DNA of 56,507 nucleotides, the filler included, from Malassezia furfur (Eukaryota), in assembly GCA_052055015.1 (NCBI GenBank). It is 3 parts of 3 records of this genome, joined end to end, with 100 filler letters (N's around TTAATTAATTAA, not from the genome) between each part and the next. Parts side by side here need not be neighbours in the genome. Positions count along the whole stretch, not along the records: positions 1 to 18,788 come from JBQJIT010000200.1; 2 more parts are not named here. One strand, given 5' to 3'. A model generated the notes under the pieces. The model was not told the DNA's origin and made no database searches. It saw only the letters and a list, made by a program, of their open reading frames with translations. This document shows positions 1-10,504 of the stretch, piece by piece. Position 1 is the stretch's first letter. Every line of letters begins with the position of its first letter. Made by a program: the position numbers and the translations under genes.

Positions 1-1541
1 AGCGGCACGAGCGGCGCATCCGGCGCCCACCACGTGCCCGGCGGACCGAGCGGGCGCGCCTGCCAGCGCAGCGCCACGCCGCTCACGAGCAGCGTGACGA
101 GCACGGCGCGTGACGGCAGCGACGCGATGAGGCGCGGCGCAGGCACTTGCGGCCACGCTGCGTACGCACGCGCCATGTACCGCAGACAGACCCCCACCCG
201 CACCGCCAGGCCGGCTATATTCGCCCACACGAGCACCGAGTTGGCGTCGCAGCCCAGCGCGGGGAATATGGCGCGGCCCGCGGCGAGCACCGCAACGAAC
301 GTTGCACTCGCACCAACAAGCACACGCGAGTACGATGCAAGTGTCGCGGGCGGCGCCGTGGACTGCAGGAATGCTTCCACGATGCCGTTCACACCCATCA
401 CCGGCAGGTAGTAGCAGTAGCTCCCGAGGGTCGCGGCCGCATGGGACGGCGGCGTCGCCCACCGCGGGCCTGCCACGATCATCAGGAACGGCTGGGCAAG
501 TGGCGGCGCAAACGCCACGAGCGCCGCGCCGAGCAGCATATGCGCACGCAGCAGCACACGCAGCCATGCGGCACTCGTGCGTGCGCCGCGCTCTGCGGTG
601 CGCTTGGTGCCATGCATCTCGCCAAGTGCCTCTGAAAAGGCCAAGCGTGCGCTCTCCTCGATGGGCTGGAACACCGTGCGGGCGAGCAGCGAGCCATAGT
701 TGCTTGCCAGCGCATAGCCGCCCTGTTCCTCGAGTGTCGTGAGGCGCGCGACCGCCAACTTGTCACCCTCTGTCAGCACAAACTTGAGCGCTGCCTGTAC
801 GCTCGTCACTACGACCAGCTGACGCGTCTCAGCGTCGAGCGGCGCACCACGTACGGGCAGCAGCGTCGCGAGCGCCTGCCGCGCGGACGCGAGGCGCGCG
901 ACCCCCGCACCGGCCACGAAAAGCAGCGTCGCGCCATACGCAGCACGGCTCAGTGCAAAGGCAAGCAGCGCACACGCTTCAGGCGCCAACGGCGCGCCCG
1001 ACATGTGGGTATACAGCGCAGCGATCCACGCCACGCCGCGCGGCTGCAGCAGTGCCACGGCGACACCCGCGCGCATAAGCACCGCAGACGCCTCCATCGT
1101 GACACGCAGGCGCAGATAACCATCGAGTGCGAGCGCATACGTGTGCAGCGGCTCGCTGAGAAGCTCGAGCATCGCGCCGAGGCAGTACAGTACGACGCTG
1201 CTCCGCAGTGCGGCGCCATGCACCAGCAGCGCATCGGGAGCAAGGTGGCGCATGTATACGTACCCCACAACGACCGATGCAATCCCGCCCAGCATGACGG
1301 GGAGCAGTGCGAGGTTGTGCACACTACGCAGCTGGTCGCGCCGGCGCATCACCGTCGCGCGGACACCGTCGCGGGCGAGCGCAAGGACGACACTCAGCAC
1401 GAGCTCGAGCTGCACATTGGCTGCACCAAACACGGCCGGCGTCGTGGTGCGCACGAGCAGCTGGTTCAGCACGAACGTCACGAGCCGCACGCCGACCTGC
1501 AGCAGGAGCAGCGCGCGCGCCGACGCGAACGTCGCGGCCAT
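1..1541 (-). CDS. RFT1: Man5GlcNAc2-PP-dolichol translocation protein Rft1 (3' end outside the window)
   Basis: ATG at 1541 gives MAATFASARALLLLQVGVRLVTFVLNQLLVR..QLELVLS; later come the Rft1 motifs LKFVLTEGDK and QGGYALASNYGSLLARTVFQPIEE. Absent from the ORF track because it runs off the edge. Confidence 0.9.
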   Translation of the reverse strand, partial: MAATFASARALLLLQVGVRLVTFVLNQLLVRTTTPAVFGAANVQLELVLSVVLALARDGVRATVMRRRDQLRSVHNLALLPVMLGGIASVVVGYVYMRHLAPDALLVHGAALRSSVVLYCLGAMLELLSEPLHTYALALDGYLRLRVTMEASAVLMRAGVAVALLQPRGVAWIAALYTHMSGAPLAPEACALLAFALSRAAYGATLLFVAGAGVARLASARQALATLLPVRGAPLDAETRQLVVVTSVQAALKFVLTEGDKLAVARLTTLEEQGGYALASNYGSLLARTVFQPIEESARLAFSEALGEMHGTKRTAERGARTSAAWLRVLLRAHMLLGAALVAFAPPLAQPFLMIVAGPRWATPPSHAAATLGSYCYYLPVMGVNGIVEAFLQSTAPPATLASYSRVLVGASATFVAVLAAGRAIFPALGCDANSVLVWANIAGLAVRVGVCLRYMARAYAAWPQVPAPRLIASLPSRAVLVTLLVSGVALRWQARPLGPPGTWWAPDAPLVP

Positions 1542-1556
1542 GGTTGTTTCACGTGA

Positions 1557-2705
1557 CTATGCACGGACCAAGGTGTGAAAGAGCTGCGCGCCAAACGCGT
1601 ACTTGGAGTAGGCGAGCGCCATGCTGCGCAGCTCGACGGCGAGCGCATCGAGCGCATCCTCGGGCTGCGGGTCGTCCCAGGTGCGCTGGCTTGCGTGGAT
1701 GGGAAGCAAGTCCCGTTCCACGAGTTGGGCCACGTAGATGCCCAGCTCCTCGGTCGCCGCGTCGGGCACGGCCGCGAGGTGCTGTGCACGTAGTCCTAGG
1801 TAGCGCGGCAGCGTGTGCGTTTGGACCGCTACACGCACGTCTGCAGGTGACGCTGGTGTGCACAAGTGCGCGAGCAGCTCGTGAATGTGTCGCTGCGCAG
1901 CCAGGTGCGTCTGCGCACGCTCGGCACACGCCGTGCCTAGCTCCTCCCAGAAGGTGGGTGGAAGCACAATATGTGCACACGAGCACACCACCCACTCGTA
2001 TGCCACATGTGGGTTGTGCACGGCGACACGCACGATGTCCGTGTGCCCGAAAGCACGCGCGAGGAGGATGCACGCATCTGCATCGTGTGCCGCCGCGCGC
2101 TGCAGGTACGCAAGCAAAAAGCGCTGCTCAGGCACCCCCAGTGCTGCAGAGGCCGCGCGCTGCAGTGCATACACGGCGCGGTCCACGTCGAGCTGCTGCG
2201 GGAGCGTTTGGTGTGGACAGATGGGCAGCTGGCACACCTGCGCTGGCACGACATGGCCGACATCCTCAACCGACCGCGGCGCACCCAGCAAGTGGTACAA
2301 GGTATCCTGGACGTCGTGTACAGCCGACTCGGTGTACATCGCGAACCAACGCGGCGCGCCGCTCGGCTCGTCGCGGCGCTGCATCCACGCGTAGATCTGC
2401 TCGACGGCTGCGCGGAACGGCTGCATTTCGCGCGGGGGCACGCGTGCCTGGCGTACGTATGGTGCGTGGCAGACGTACGCAAGCACCAGCCGCTGCGCGA
2501 GCCACGCGTGTACTGGCACCTGGAAGCATTTCGGCTCGCGCGCATTTTTGAAAAGCGCACCGCGCTCGGCGCCGTCAACAAGCGTGGGAACGAATGCAAG
2601 TGCATCGAGGAAGCGGCGCGGCGGCGTATGCTCCGCCTCCCACGCCCGCAGTGTGTCGGCGAGCGGCACGTACAGCGCACGCGCCCCCACAACCTCCTCA
2701 CCCAT
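1557..2705 (-). CDS. 382-aa protein with a CNOT11 (DUF2363)-like C-terminal domain
   Basis: ATG at 2705; same length (1149 nt) in contig C. Motifs ALGVPEQRFLLAYL, VAVHNPHVAYEWV and LAVELRSMALAYSKYAFGAQLFHTL resemble CNOT11. The CDS is well supported; the family call is inference. Confidence 0.6.
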   Translation of the reverse strand: MGEEVVGARALYVPLADTLRAWEAEHTPPRRFLDALAFVPTLVDGAERGALFKNAREPKCFQVPVHAWLAQRLVLAYVCHAPYVRQARVPPREMQPFRAAVEQIYAWMQRRDEPSGAPRWFAMYTESAVHDVQDTLYHLLGAPRSVEDVGHVVPAQVCQLPICPHQTLPQQLDVDRAVYALQRAASAALGVPEQRFLLAYLQRAAAHDADACILLARAFGHTDIVRVAVHNPHVAYEWVVCSCAHIVLPPTFWEELGTACAERAQTHLAAQRHIHELLAHLCTPASPADVRVAVQTHTLPRYLGLRAQHLAAVPDAATEELGIYVAQLVERDLLPIHASQRTWDDPQPEDALDALAVELRSMALAYSKYAFGAQLFHTLVRA

Positions 2706-2729
2706 CGTCGCCACGTGGCTCGTGCGACG
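2706..2729. promoter_or_regulatory. 24-nt divergent spacer with the palindrome GCCACGTGGC (E-box/G-box)
   Basis: CACGTG at 2712-2717, conserved at 53800-53805. Confidence 0.5.
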
Positions 2730-3491
2730 ATGGACCGCGCGCCGCTGTCGGCGCGGCGTGGGACGAGCTTCTCGCTCGGCACGCTGCTCGCCGACAGACC
2801 GCTGAGCGTCGCAGAGATGATGAGGTGGGTGTATATACTCATGCAGCGATGCGGCGACGCTCCCGAAGACAACCAACATGCGGCGGCCAACGATCTTGCC
2901 GCCCAACACGGTGGTACGTGCGCCCCTCGCGCGGTACCAAGGCGGCGGACACGACGACACGGACGAGGACTCAGAGCGCAAGCCATCGCGTGGCCCGATC
3001 GAAATGCTACACACCATTCCATGCCTCCCCGTGGCCTCGTACGTTGGCACGCTGACACAGCTTGGAGCTCGCGATGAATTTCTATGCGAAGGCACTCGGC
3101 TTTGTGCGCCGCGGCCTGCCCCACGCTAAGCAGGTGCGCATGGTACGTGGTGGGAAGGCACCGCGTATGGGTCCACGCGGCATGTTCGTGTCGTCGACCC
3201 CCGGTGTGCACGTCATATTGCGCGTCGAGGAGGGGATGCGGCCGACGCGAATCTGGATCGTAGTGCACAACGCGGACGGTGCGTGCACCATGTACTGACG
3301 CAGCGCTCTTTGACGAGATTGCTGCCAAGCTGCAGCACTATTCGCTCACGATGCGCGACTACTTTCCCCTGGAAAACTTTCTGCAAGCGCGCATCGAAGA
3401 GAAGCCGCACAACACGGCGTGGGGCACGCGTGAGTTCCGCGTGGTGGACCCGGACGAGAACGTGCTGGTGTTCTGTGAGGAACGTCTCTAA
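2730..3491 (+). CDS. Glyoxalase/bleomycin-resistance (VOC fold) protein, 230 aa, 3 introns (2825-2846, 3039-3060, 3279-3303)
   Basis: Spliced product contains IPCLPVASLELAMNFYAKALGF and TAWGTREFRVVDPDENVLVFCE. Removing the 22/22/25-nt GT-AG introns gives 693 nt in frame. Structure conserved in contig C. The start codon is less certain. Confidence 0.8.
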
Positions 3492-3507
3492 TGTACATAG
3501 AAGCATG

Positions 3508-5634
3508 CTACAGCGCCCGACATACCCCGATCAACAACGCGACCAGCACGAGCAGCGCACTCGGTCGCACGACGGCGGCCGCGTTCGCCTGTCGAAGGAG
3601 CCGGTCGACGTCCATGGCGTTGCAGTACACATGCCCGAATGCGTCGTACGCGACATAGCGCGACGGCGCGCCGCCGTACCGCAGTCCGTGCGACCCCGCA
3701 CCCCCGTTCAGACCCGCGCCGAGCCCGTCCGAACCGGCGTCCGCAAACGTGCCATAGTCGCGCTCCGCCGTCACCGTCCATTTCGGGCACATCCAATTCA
3801 TTAGCGGTGGGCACGAGCGTGTCACCATCTCGCACGTCGACAGGCAGGGGAGCAGCTCGCCGTAATCGCCCGGGGCAAACAACTCGTCGATGAACGGCTG
3901 TCGGCTGCTGTTGGGTCCGATGCGGTTCACCACGTACGGATACAAGTTGGTGTTGGCCGGCATCGGCAGACCCTCGAGGTCCGTGCCATTTTGGCTCGCG
4001 GCACTCTCTGACGGGTCCACCACGTCGGTACACCGCGGGATCGCCACGGCACACAGCCAGCTCTGATAGGCGCGCAGACAGTCATTGCACGTCGTCACGC
4101 TCGAGTACCGCCCAAACTCGTCCGAGTCGCAGGGAAAGGTACCGAGCGTCGCGCTAAAGTTGCCGTAGTTGGCCGAGACCATCTCGTTGAGCACCTCGAG
4201 CGCGTAGCTGATTGACTTGGACGGGTTGAACGGGATCGAATATGCCAGTTCGGGGCAGAATGGCACGTCGTACAGTAGCCGGCAGTTGCGGTTGCGCTTC
4301 GTAACGAACTTCACCGAGGGGTACAGCGTGCGGCTCAGCACACCGCTCGCATTCACCGACGACACGAGGTACGCCGTGTAGTTGTGGCCCGGCAGCAGGT
4401 TCGACGCCAAAAACTGCATGCGCACCTGCGGGCCCGACGACTGCTCATTCGAGTCGCTGTTCGTCGCGTTCGCCACCGACCCACGCCGCACCAGCTCGTC
4501 AAGGCTGACCATGCCCGCGGCGACGTCGCGCGCGCCGTACTGCGACCCTGGCGGCTGCATGCCGGCAGTATCGTTGATGCTCGGCGAGGGTGCCTGCGAC
4601 GCCTGCTTCTTTTGCTTGAGCATGTCACCACGGGTCACCACACTGACCGTGTTGCGGCTCGTCTCGCTGCTGTTTACATGAATCGCCTCGTCGCTGTGAC
4701 TCAGGTCCTGCCAGGTGTCAAAGATCGCACAGAACGATGAGTTGAAGTAGGTGATGGAGGATAAAGAGAATGCACCCTCGGTCGGTAGCACAATCAGACT
4801 GATGTTGGGTGCCGGTGACGTGTAGTTGAACGAGGTGAGCAATGCACTCTCGGCGTCCGCATCATTGTAGAATAAGCCGGATTCCGTCGCGACTTGTTCA
4901 AGTTGGGCTGGGTGAGTACGCCACTACGCACAGTGTGTCGATGCCGAGAGCTGGATGCGGTACACACCGTCCAGGCCGCGTGGGTCCGTCGGGGGAAAGA
5001 CCCCGATCCATATTCCGTCCTTGGAACCTTTGGGGAGCTGAACCTCGGCCCACCCGCCCTGCGCGTAGTCGACCAGCGACGAGGACAGGCCAGAGTCGGC
5101 ATTTGGACGGGGTATGCTCCATTTGTCTGACACAAAAAGGGACACGAGCGTTGCCTGTCGCGCCTCGTCTTCGTTCATGTTCAGTTCATTGAGCAACGTC
5201 GAGTTGCTTGTATTGTACGGCGGAATACGCGGGCCATCACACAGTGATAGCGACACAAAGATGGGTGTATTTATCGTTGTGTTGAACTTGAAAAAGAGGC
5301 CGTTTGTCGCGTTGATGGGCAAGTCACTGCGTACCATGACCGAGTCTTCCAGGGTATACGGTGCCGTCGTGTTCGCCTTTACGACGGGGACATTGGTTGG
5401 CTGTGGTGCGAGGCCGGTACTTGCATTTACAAAAGACGCCGTACTGAGCGTCGGGAGCTGCGTCTTGATGTTGTTTGTCGACGACTGTGTGCCGGTCGGT
5501 GGAGGTGTCCCTGACGCGCTACTGTGGCCCTTGGAGTGCCCGGACGTTGTGGACCTCGCCGCATCACTCAAGGGGAGAAGCAACAGAGATAGGCATAGCA
5601 CGAAGGCCACGAGCCTTGCGTGCAGTGCTGCCAT
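3508..5634 (-). CDS. MID1: Mid1 calcium-channel accessory subunit, 700 aa, 1 intron (4908-4931)
   Basis: N-terminal signal peptide, many NxS/T sites, Cys-rich C-terminus (NCRLLYDVPFCPELAYSIP, CNDCLRAYQSWLCAVAIPRC, ELLPCLSTCEMVTRSCP). Removing the 24-nt intron joins ORFs 4924-5790 and 3508-4842. Confidence 0.9.
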
Positions 5635-6227
5635 CGCCGGGTGGGGGGTTGGAGAAGACGGTAGGTGGAGGTCCCACGCGCCCGCTCGTGTCGCACTCGC
5701 CGTGTGCGAGCGGAGGCCCACTGGGATGTGGAGACACGCACCCCCGCTCTGGCGGCGATGCGCGCACCTGCGCGGCATTTTGGCGTCCACGTGGTCAGAA
5801 ATTACCGACTACGCGCGTCGGGGTCCTGAATACAACGCGCTCGGCCGGCCGTGGCGGCCTGCGGACGTGCAGTCGCAATTGCTGTGCGGAGATTGGTTGT
5901 GGACACGTTGTGGACAATAATTGCAGCAAGCGACGCAGGGTTGCGTTCATTTCATTCGTACATGTGGAGATTTATGGGTGCTGCGGAGATTTGTGCGGCT
6001 CCGCAGGAGGCCGCGTCAGCGATTCGCTAATAAGGCGCCGAGTGCGCACGATGGCCTTGGCGGTCTCCTGCTGCGCGCGGCGTGCAGAGAAACGCATAGT
6101 CCGGTTTGATGCGTGGTCCGGTGCCGCATTGGTGAAGCTGCTCGGTTGCGTACTCTCAATCGGCGTGGCCGAAGGCCCGCCGCCGCTGTGTCCGTTCTAG
6201 CTGGTCTATTGTACGATGGCACCTGCC

Positions 6228-7402
6228 TTACTGCTCGCCCACTTCCTGGATCGACTTGGCCATCGGCACGGCGCCCGTATCGAGGCCGGGCTCCTCCAGG
6301 TTGTGGAAGTCTGACACATAAGTGAATAGCACACATACCGAGAATCTCCGAGTACATCATTACCTTCCACGTGTCGATCGGAAGGTCGGCGTCGTTGAAG
6401 CTCCAGTCGAACGGCTCCTCTGCCTCTGGCTCGTCGGCAGGGTTGTGGTACGGCGCGAGGTAGGGGTGGCTGAGCGACTGCGCCGCCGTAATCCGCTTGT
6501 TCAGGTCAAAGACGAGCATCTTGTCGAGCAGGTCCAGCGCCTCAGGGTCCGTGTTGGGGAAGCGCTCGCGGAAGTCGACGCGTTCGCGCTTCGGCAACGA
6601 CTGGACGAATCGGAGCGTGTTTTCAGAGCAGATAGTTTGGATCACCTCGTCTGGCGGCGTGCCCAGGAGCTCGGTAATGATGGAGAATTGGTTCACATGG
6701 TCTTTGCCAGGGAACAGCGGCTTGCCCTCGAGCATCTCGGAGAAGATGCACCCCGCGCTCCACACGTCGACCGCCACATCGTATTTTTGCCAGGTCAACA
6801 TGATCTCGGGCGCGCGGTAGTACCGCGTCGAGACATAGCCGGTCATCTGCGGGTCCTGCACACGCGCAAGACCAAAGTCGCAAATTTTCAAGTCGCAGTT
6901 TTCGTTGATCAGAATGTTGCTGGGTTTCTGGGTGAGTCAAGCGACGTACCAAGTCACGGTGCACGACACCGGCAGAATGCACGTACTTAAGACCGCGCAT
7001 GATCTGGTAAAGGAAGTATTGCACAAACTGCTTCTCGAGCGGGCGGCTCGTCAGCAGACGGTGCAAGTCGGTGCCAAGCAGCTCGGTGACGAAGTACAGA
7101 TCTTCAAGGGGTGAGATGAAAATATCGCTCAGACTGATGATCTAGACGTGAGTGCGGGTCGTACGTACATTCTCGTGCCGAATATTCTTGAGCAGCTTCA
7201 GCTCACGGTATGTACGTTTCGCCAACACGGGGGTGGAGAAGGGCTTCATGACCTTCTTGACAGCCACCGAGGTGTCCGTCAGTTTGTCCCGGGCGCTGCA
7301 CACCAGGCCAAATGCGCCCATACCAACGGGTTGCAGATTCTCATAGCGTGATGTGACTTCAAAGACCGTGCCAAAGATGCTCAACTTAGTGAAGTCGGCC
7401 AT
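6228..7402 (-). CDS. HOG1: Stress-activated MAP kinase Hog1, 365 aa, 3 introns (7142-7168, 6928-6949, 6311-6338)
   Basis: [39 protein letters not shown] and the TGY activation loop ([11 protein letters not shown]). Spliced length 1098 nt in both copies. Confidence 0.97.
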
Positions 7403-7482
7403 CGTGGAGAGACGAGGAGCCGCGCGTAGAGTCGCCACGTGGGCATCCGCTGCGGGTCACGCGCATGGTGCATCGTCCTACG
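7403..7482. promoter_or_regulatory. 80-nt HOG1/SYP1 bidirectional spacer with CACGTG
   Basis: CACGTG at 7436-7441, conserved at 49091-49096. Confidence 0.5.
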
Positions 7483-9773
7483 ATGAGTGAGCCGGAATCG
7501 TCGTATGCGCCGGTGTTCGTGGTATGTATCATGCGTCCTAGCTCACGCAGCCCGCCGATCCACGCATTAGCGTACAAGCGCTCCAGACGCGGCTAAAAAA
7601 TGCCCGCATCTTTCACGAACAAATGTACGTTGCGTCGCACTGACCCAGTGCCGACTACTTCTCGGCGCGCCGCGAGGCCGAAGAGGCCTATGTGCGCCAG
7701 CTGCAAAAAATCACCAAGCGATCGTTCTTGTCAGACACAACATACCTGCCTCCCGAGTACCGTGATGTATACGACCGACTCGTAAGCGAGCTGGCCGAGG
7801 TTGCCCAGATCCACGGTCAGCTCGAGCGCCGCATCATGCGCGAATGCGAGCAACCGCTGCGCGAGGCGCCCTCTTCCGGCGAGTGGGCAAGTTTGCGGCG
7901 GTACGATGATACCCTCGCACCGATCCTCAAGGAGCTCAACTCACTCGAAAGCCAGCTGCACAAGGACCAGAAGAAGTTCGAGAGCAAGCGTACGGGAGCC
8001 CAGCATGCGAAGCTTGAGGCGACGCAACAGGCGCTCACACATGCGGTCAGCCAGTGGGATCAGAATGCGCCGCTTGCTGTGCAAGCGTACGAACGCGTGG
8101 ACCGTGCCAGACTCACGATGCTCCGCGAAACTGTACGTCAATTTTCCCGGGCGCAAAACGACATGGTCAAGGCCTTGTACGACCTGGCGGGGGAGACGGG
8201 GCATGCTGCGTCGCAGTTCAACGTGGACCACGAGATGCTCGCGTACGTAAACAACATTCGGCTGTCAGAGCGGAGCCGCGCGCTTGCACCGACGGCAGCG
8301 CTGGCGCCTCAGCCGCCGGCCGCGGTGGAAGCAAGCCAGGACCGCGCGCCGTCGCGCGGAATGAGTCAAAGACCGCCTTCCTCGCGCACACAGCGATGGC
8401 GCGATCCATGGGAGCAACATGAGGCACCTATGGGGCGCGCATCACCGCGCTTCTCGGTGCCGCTACCCAGTGCCCTGCTGCACCACTCTACGAGCCCCAA
8501 CACGACACCGATCCGCGAACACGGTATGCGCGATGCACCTAGCCCCGTGCCATCGCAGCTCACGCCCGGGCGCAGCACCACTTACGACCTGGGGGGGCAT
8601 GCAACGGCCACATCGCCCGATACGTCAATGGCGTCGCAAGCACCGCTCGGCCCAGGGCGCGTGCCGCTGGGCGACGATGAGGCAGCTGCACGTCGCAATG
8701 CGCGGCGCACCACGACGCAGCTCACTCAGGCGCCGTCGCTGCCCGACAGCCGGGAGGAGGAGGCCGCATGGGAGCGCATGCGCACGCAGCTGCGCAATTC
8801 CAGCCTCGGCATGCCCGTACCCGTGTCGCGTCGGCGCGAGTACCGCAACTCGAGTGTACCGACGATCAACCCACCGGGTCAGTCGCCCCCCGTGGAGGAG
8901 CTACGGGGTGTGCAGCAGACGTCCGAGACGGCGACACCGGCGCCGCCGCTGGTATCCACTTTTTCGCCCGCGACGATCTCGACGACACACATGTCGCCTG
9001 CGGTACATGCTGTGCCGCTCTCTGCGCGCGTTGTGGAGCGAGTCAACGTGATGTGGGTGAAAAGCGCTCTGACACGCGTCATGGTCGTCGGCGAGATCCA
9101 CCTCACGATGCTCGCCGCTGGCCCCGCGAGCGGGCGTGCACGCATCCAGCTCACGCACGCTAACCAGCTCGAAAAAGTTGCCGCACACCCTGACGTGCTC
9201 GCCGAGGTGCCTGAGGCGCCACACGTCTTTGAGCTTGATCTCGCCGAGCTCAGCCGCGCGGGCAACAACGTCGTGGCGCTGCGCTACCAGCTACACACGA
9301 GCCCCGATACCTACGCGCAATGGGCGCCCATCTTTATTGAGCCGCAATGGCGGTGCGAACCGCAGCAAAGCTCGTTGCTGCTGAACTACCGTGTCAATGC
9401 CGCATCGCAGTTGGCGGCCCGTGCGCCGCATGCCGCGTTACAGGCCGTCTCGTTCGCCGTAACACTTCCACACGAGACGCCCGTGTCGGGCGCGGTGCTG
9501 AGCCAGCCCGTGGGTGCGTGGGACCCAAGTGCGCAGCAGCTGCACTGGGAGCGCCCCACGACGCTGCCACTGGACGACACGGCGCCGAACAAGATCCTCG
9601 CGCGGTTCCCTCTCGCGACGCAGGGCACGCCGCAACCTGTGTCGGCCTCGTGGCAGCTTGCCGCGCATACTCTGAGCGACGTGGGCATCGAGGCCCTCAC
9701 GGGCGAGCAGGCGGTGGTCTTTGCGAGCGTCCACCGCGAGACGGTCGCCGGCAAGTACTTTGCACAACCGTAG
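7483..9773 (+). CDS. SYP1: Syp1/FCHO-like muniscin endocytic adaptor (F-BAR plus mu-homology domain), 745 aa, 2 introns (7522-7550, 7625-7648)
   Basis: Spliced N-terminus ..RLKNARIFHEQIADYFSARREAEEAYVRQLQK is F-BAR-like, followed by a Pro/Ser linker and a C-terminal MHD (VVERVNVMW..VVGEIHL, PQWRCEPQQSSLLLNY, KILARF, GKY). An in-frame ATG at 7465 is an alternative start. Confidence 0.8.
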
Positions 9774-9802
9774 ATGTGGAGGTAGGTCGCCTTCCGGACA
9801 CG

Positions 9803-10454
9803 ATGAGCACGGACAACCGCGATGACGACCCCTTCGTCCCGACGTCAATCGGGGAGGAGGAGACCATGGCCGAGAAATTTGTACGCAAGATGAAAAATGA
9901 CCCACTCGTGCCCATCGGTGCGTTTTCTACTGGCTGACGCAGGGTGTCTGCTCACTACCGTGGCGCTTACCTACGCCTCGATCCAGCTGCGCAAAGGCAA
10001 CCGTCAACTGTTCCAGCGCGCCCTGCGCTACCGTGTGCTATTCCAAACGCTCACTGTTGGCGCAGCAGGGGCTGGGCTGCTCATGTACGAGGCGCCCAAG
10101 ACCAAGGTCCTCCCCCCGAACGAGGACGGCACACCGGGCAAAGTGCAGTATTGGAACCAGGACAAGATTGACCAGCGCGAGACCGAAACCAAGGTCGACT
10201 GGGCCAGGAGGTACCGCGAAGCACACGCGCGTGACGAGCGTGAAAATGCTGCCATTCAGCGCATGATCGAAGAGGAGCTCCGCGCGCGCGAAGAACAGGC
10301 ACGGCGACAGCCACCGCCTCTCCCTCCACATGTTCCGGTCGAGCCCGTTTCGCAAGACGCGGCGATTCCAGAGGTGGAACAGCCCGCGCAGCACGATCCG
10401 CCGGTGCCCCCTCGCATTGGTCAGGACAAGCGCCGGTTTACGTTCCGCACGTAG
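9803..10454 (+). CDS. RCF1: Respiratory supercomplex factor Rcf1 (HIG1 domain), 208 aa, 1 intron (9918-9942)
   Basis: EKFVRKMKNDPLVPIG|CLLTTVAL..LRKGNRQLFQRALRYRVLFQTLTV is the HIG1 domain; the 25-nt intron is conserved in contig C. Confidence 0.85.
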
Positions 10455-10504
10455 CGAATATATACAGATGGGGCCGCAAGGGCCCCCTACCTTTTCCACT
10501 CCGT

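Noticed and set aside
6016..7438. Fragmented ORFs in HOG1, GPI12, OPI3, MID1, SPT7 and others as pseudogenes or programmed frameshifts
   Set aside because: Every break is explained by a GT-AG mini-intron with a branch site, and spliced frames agree between copies.
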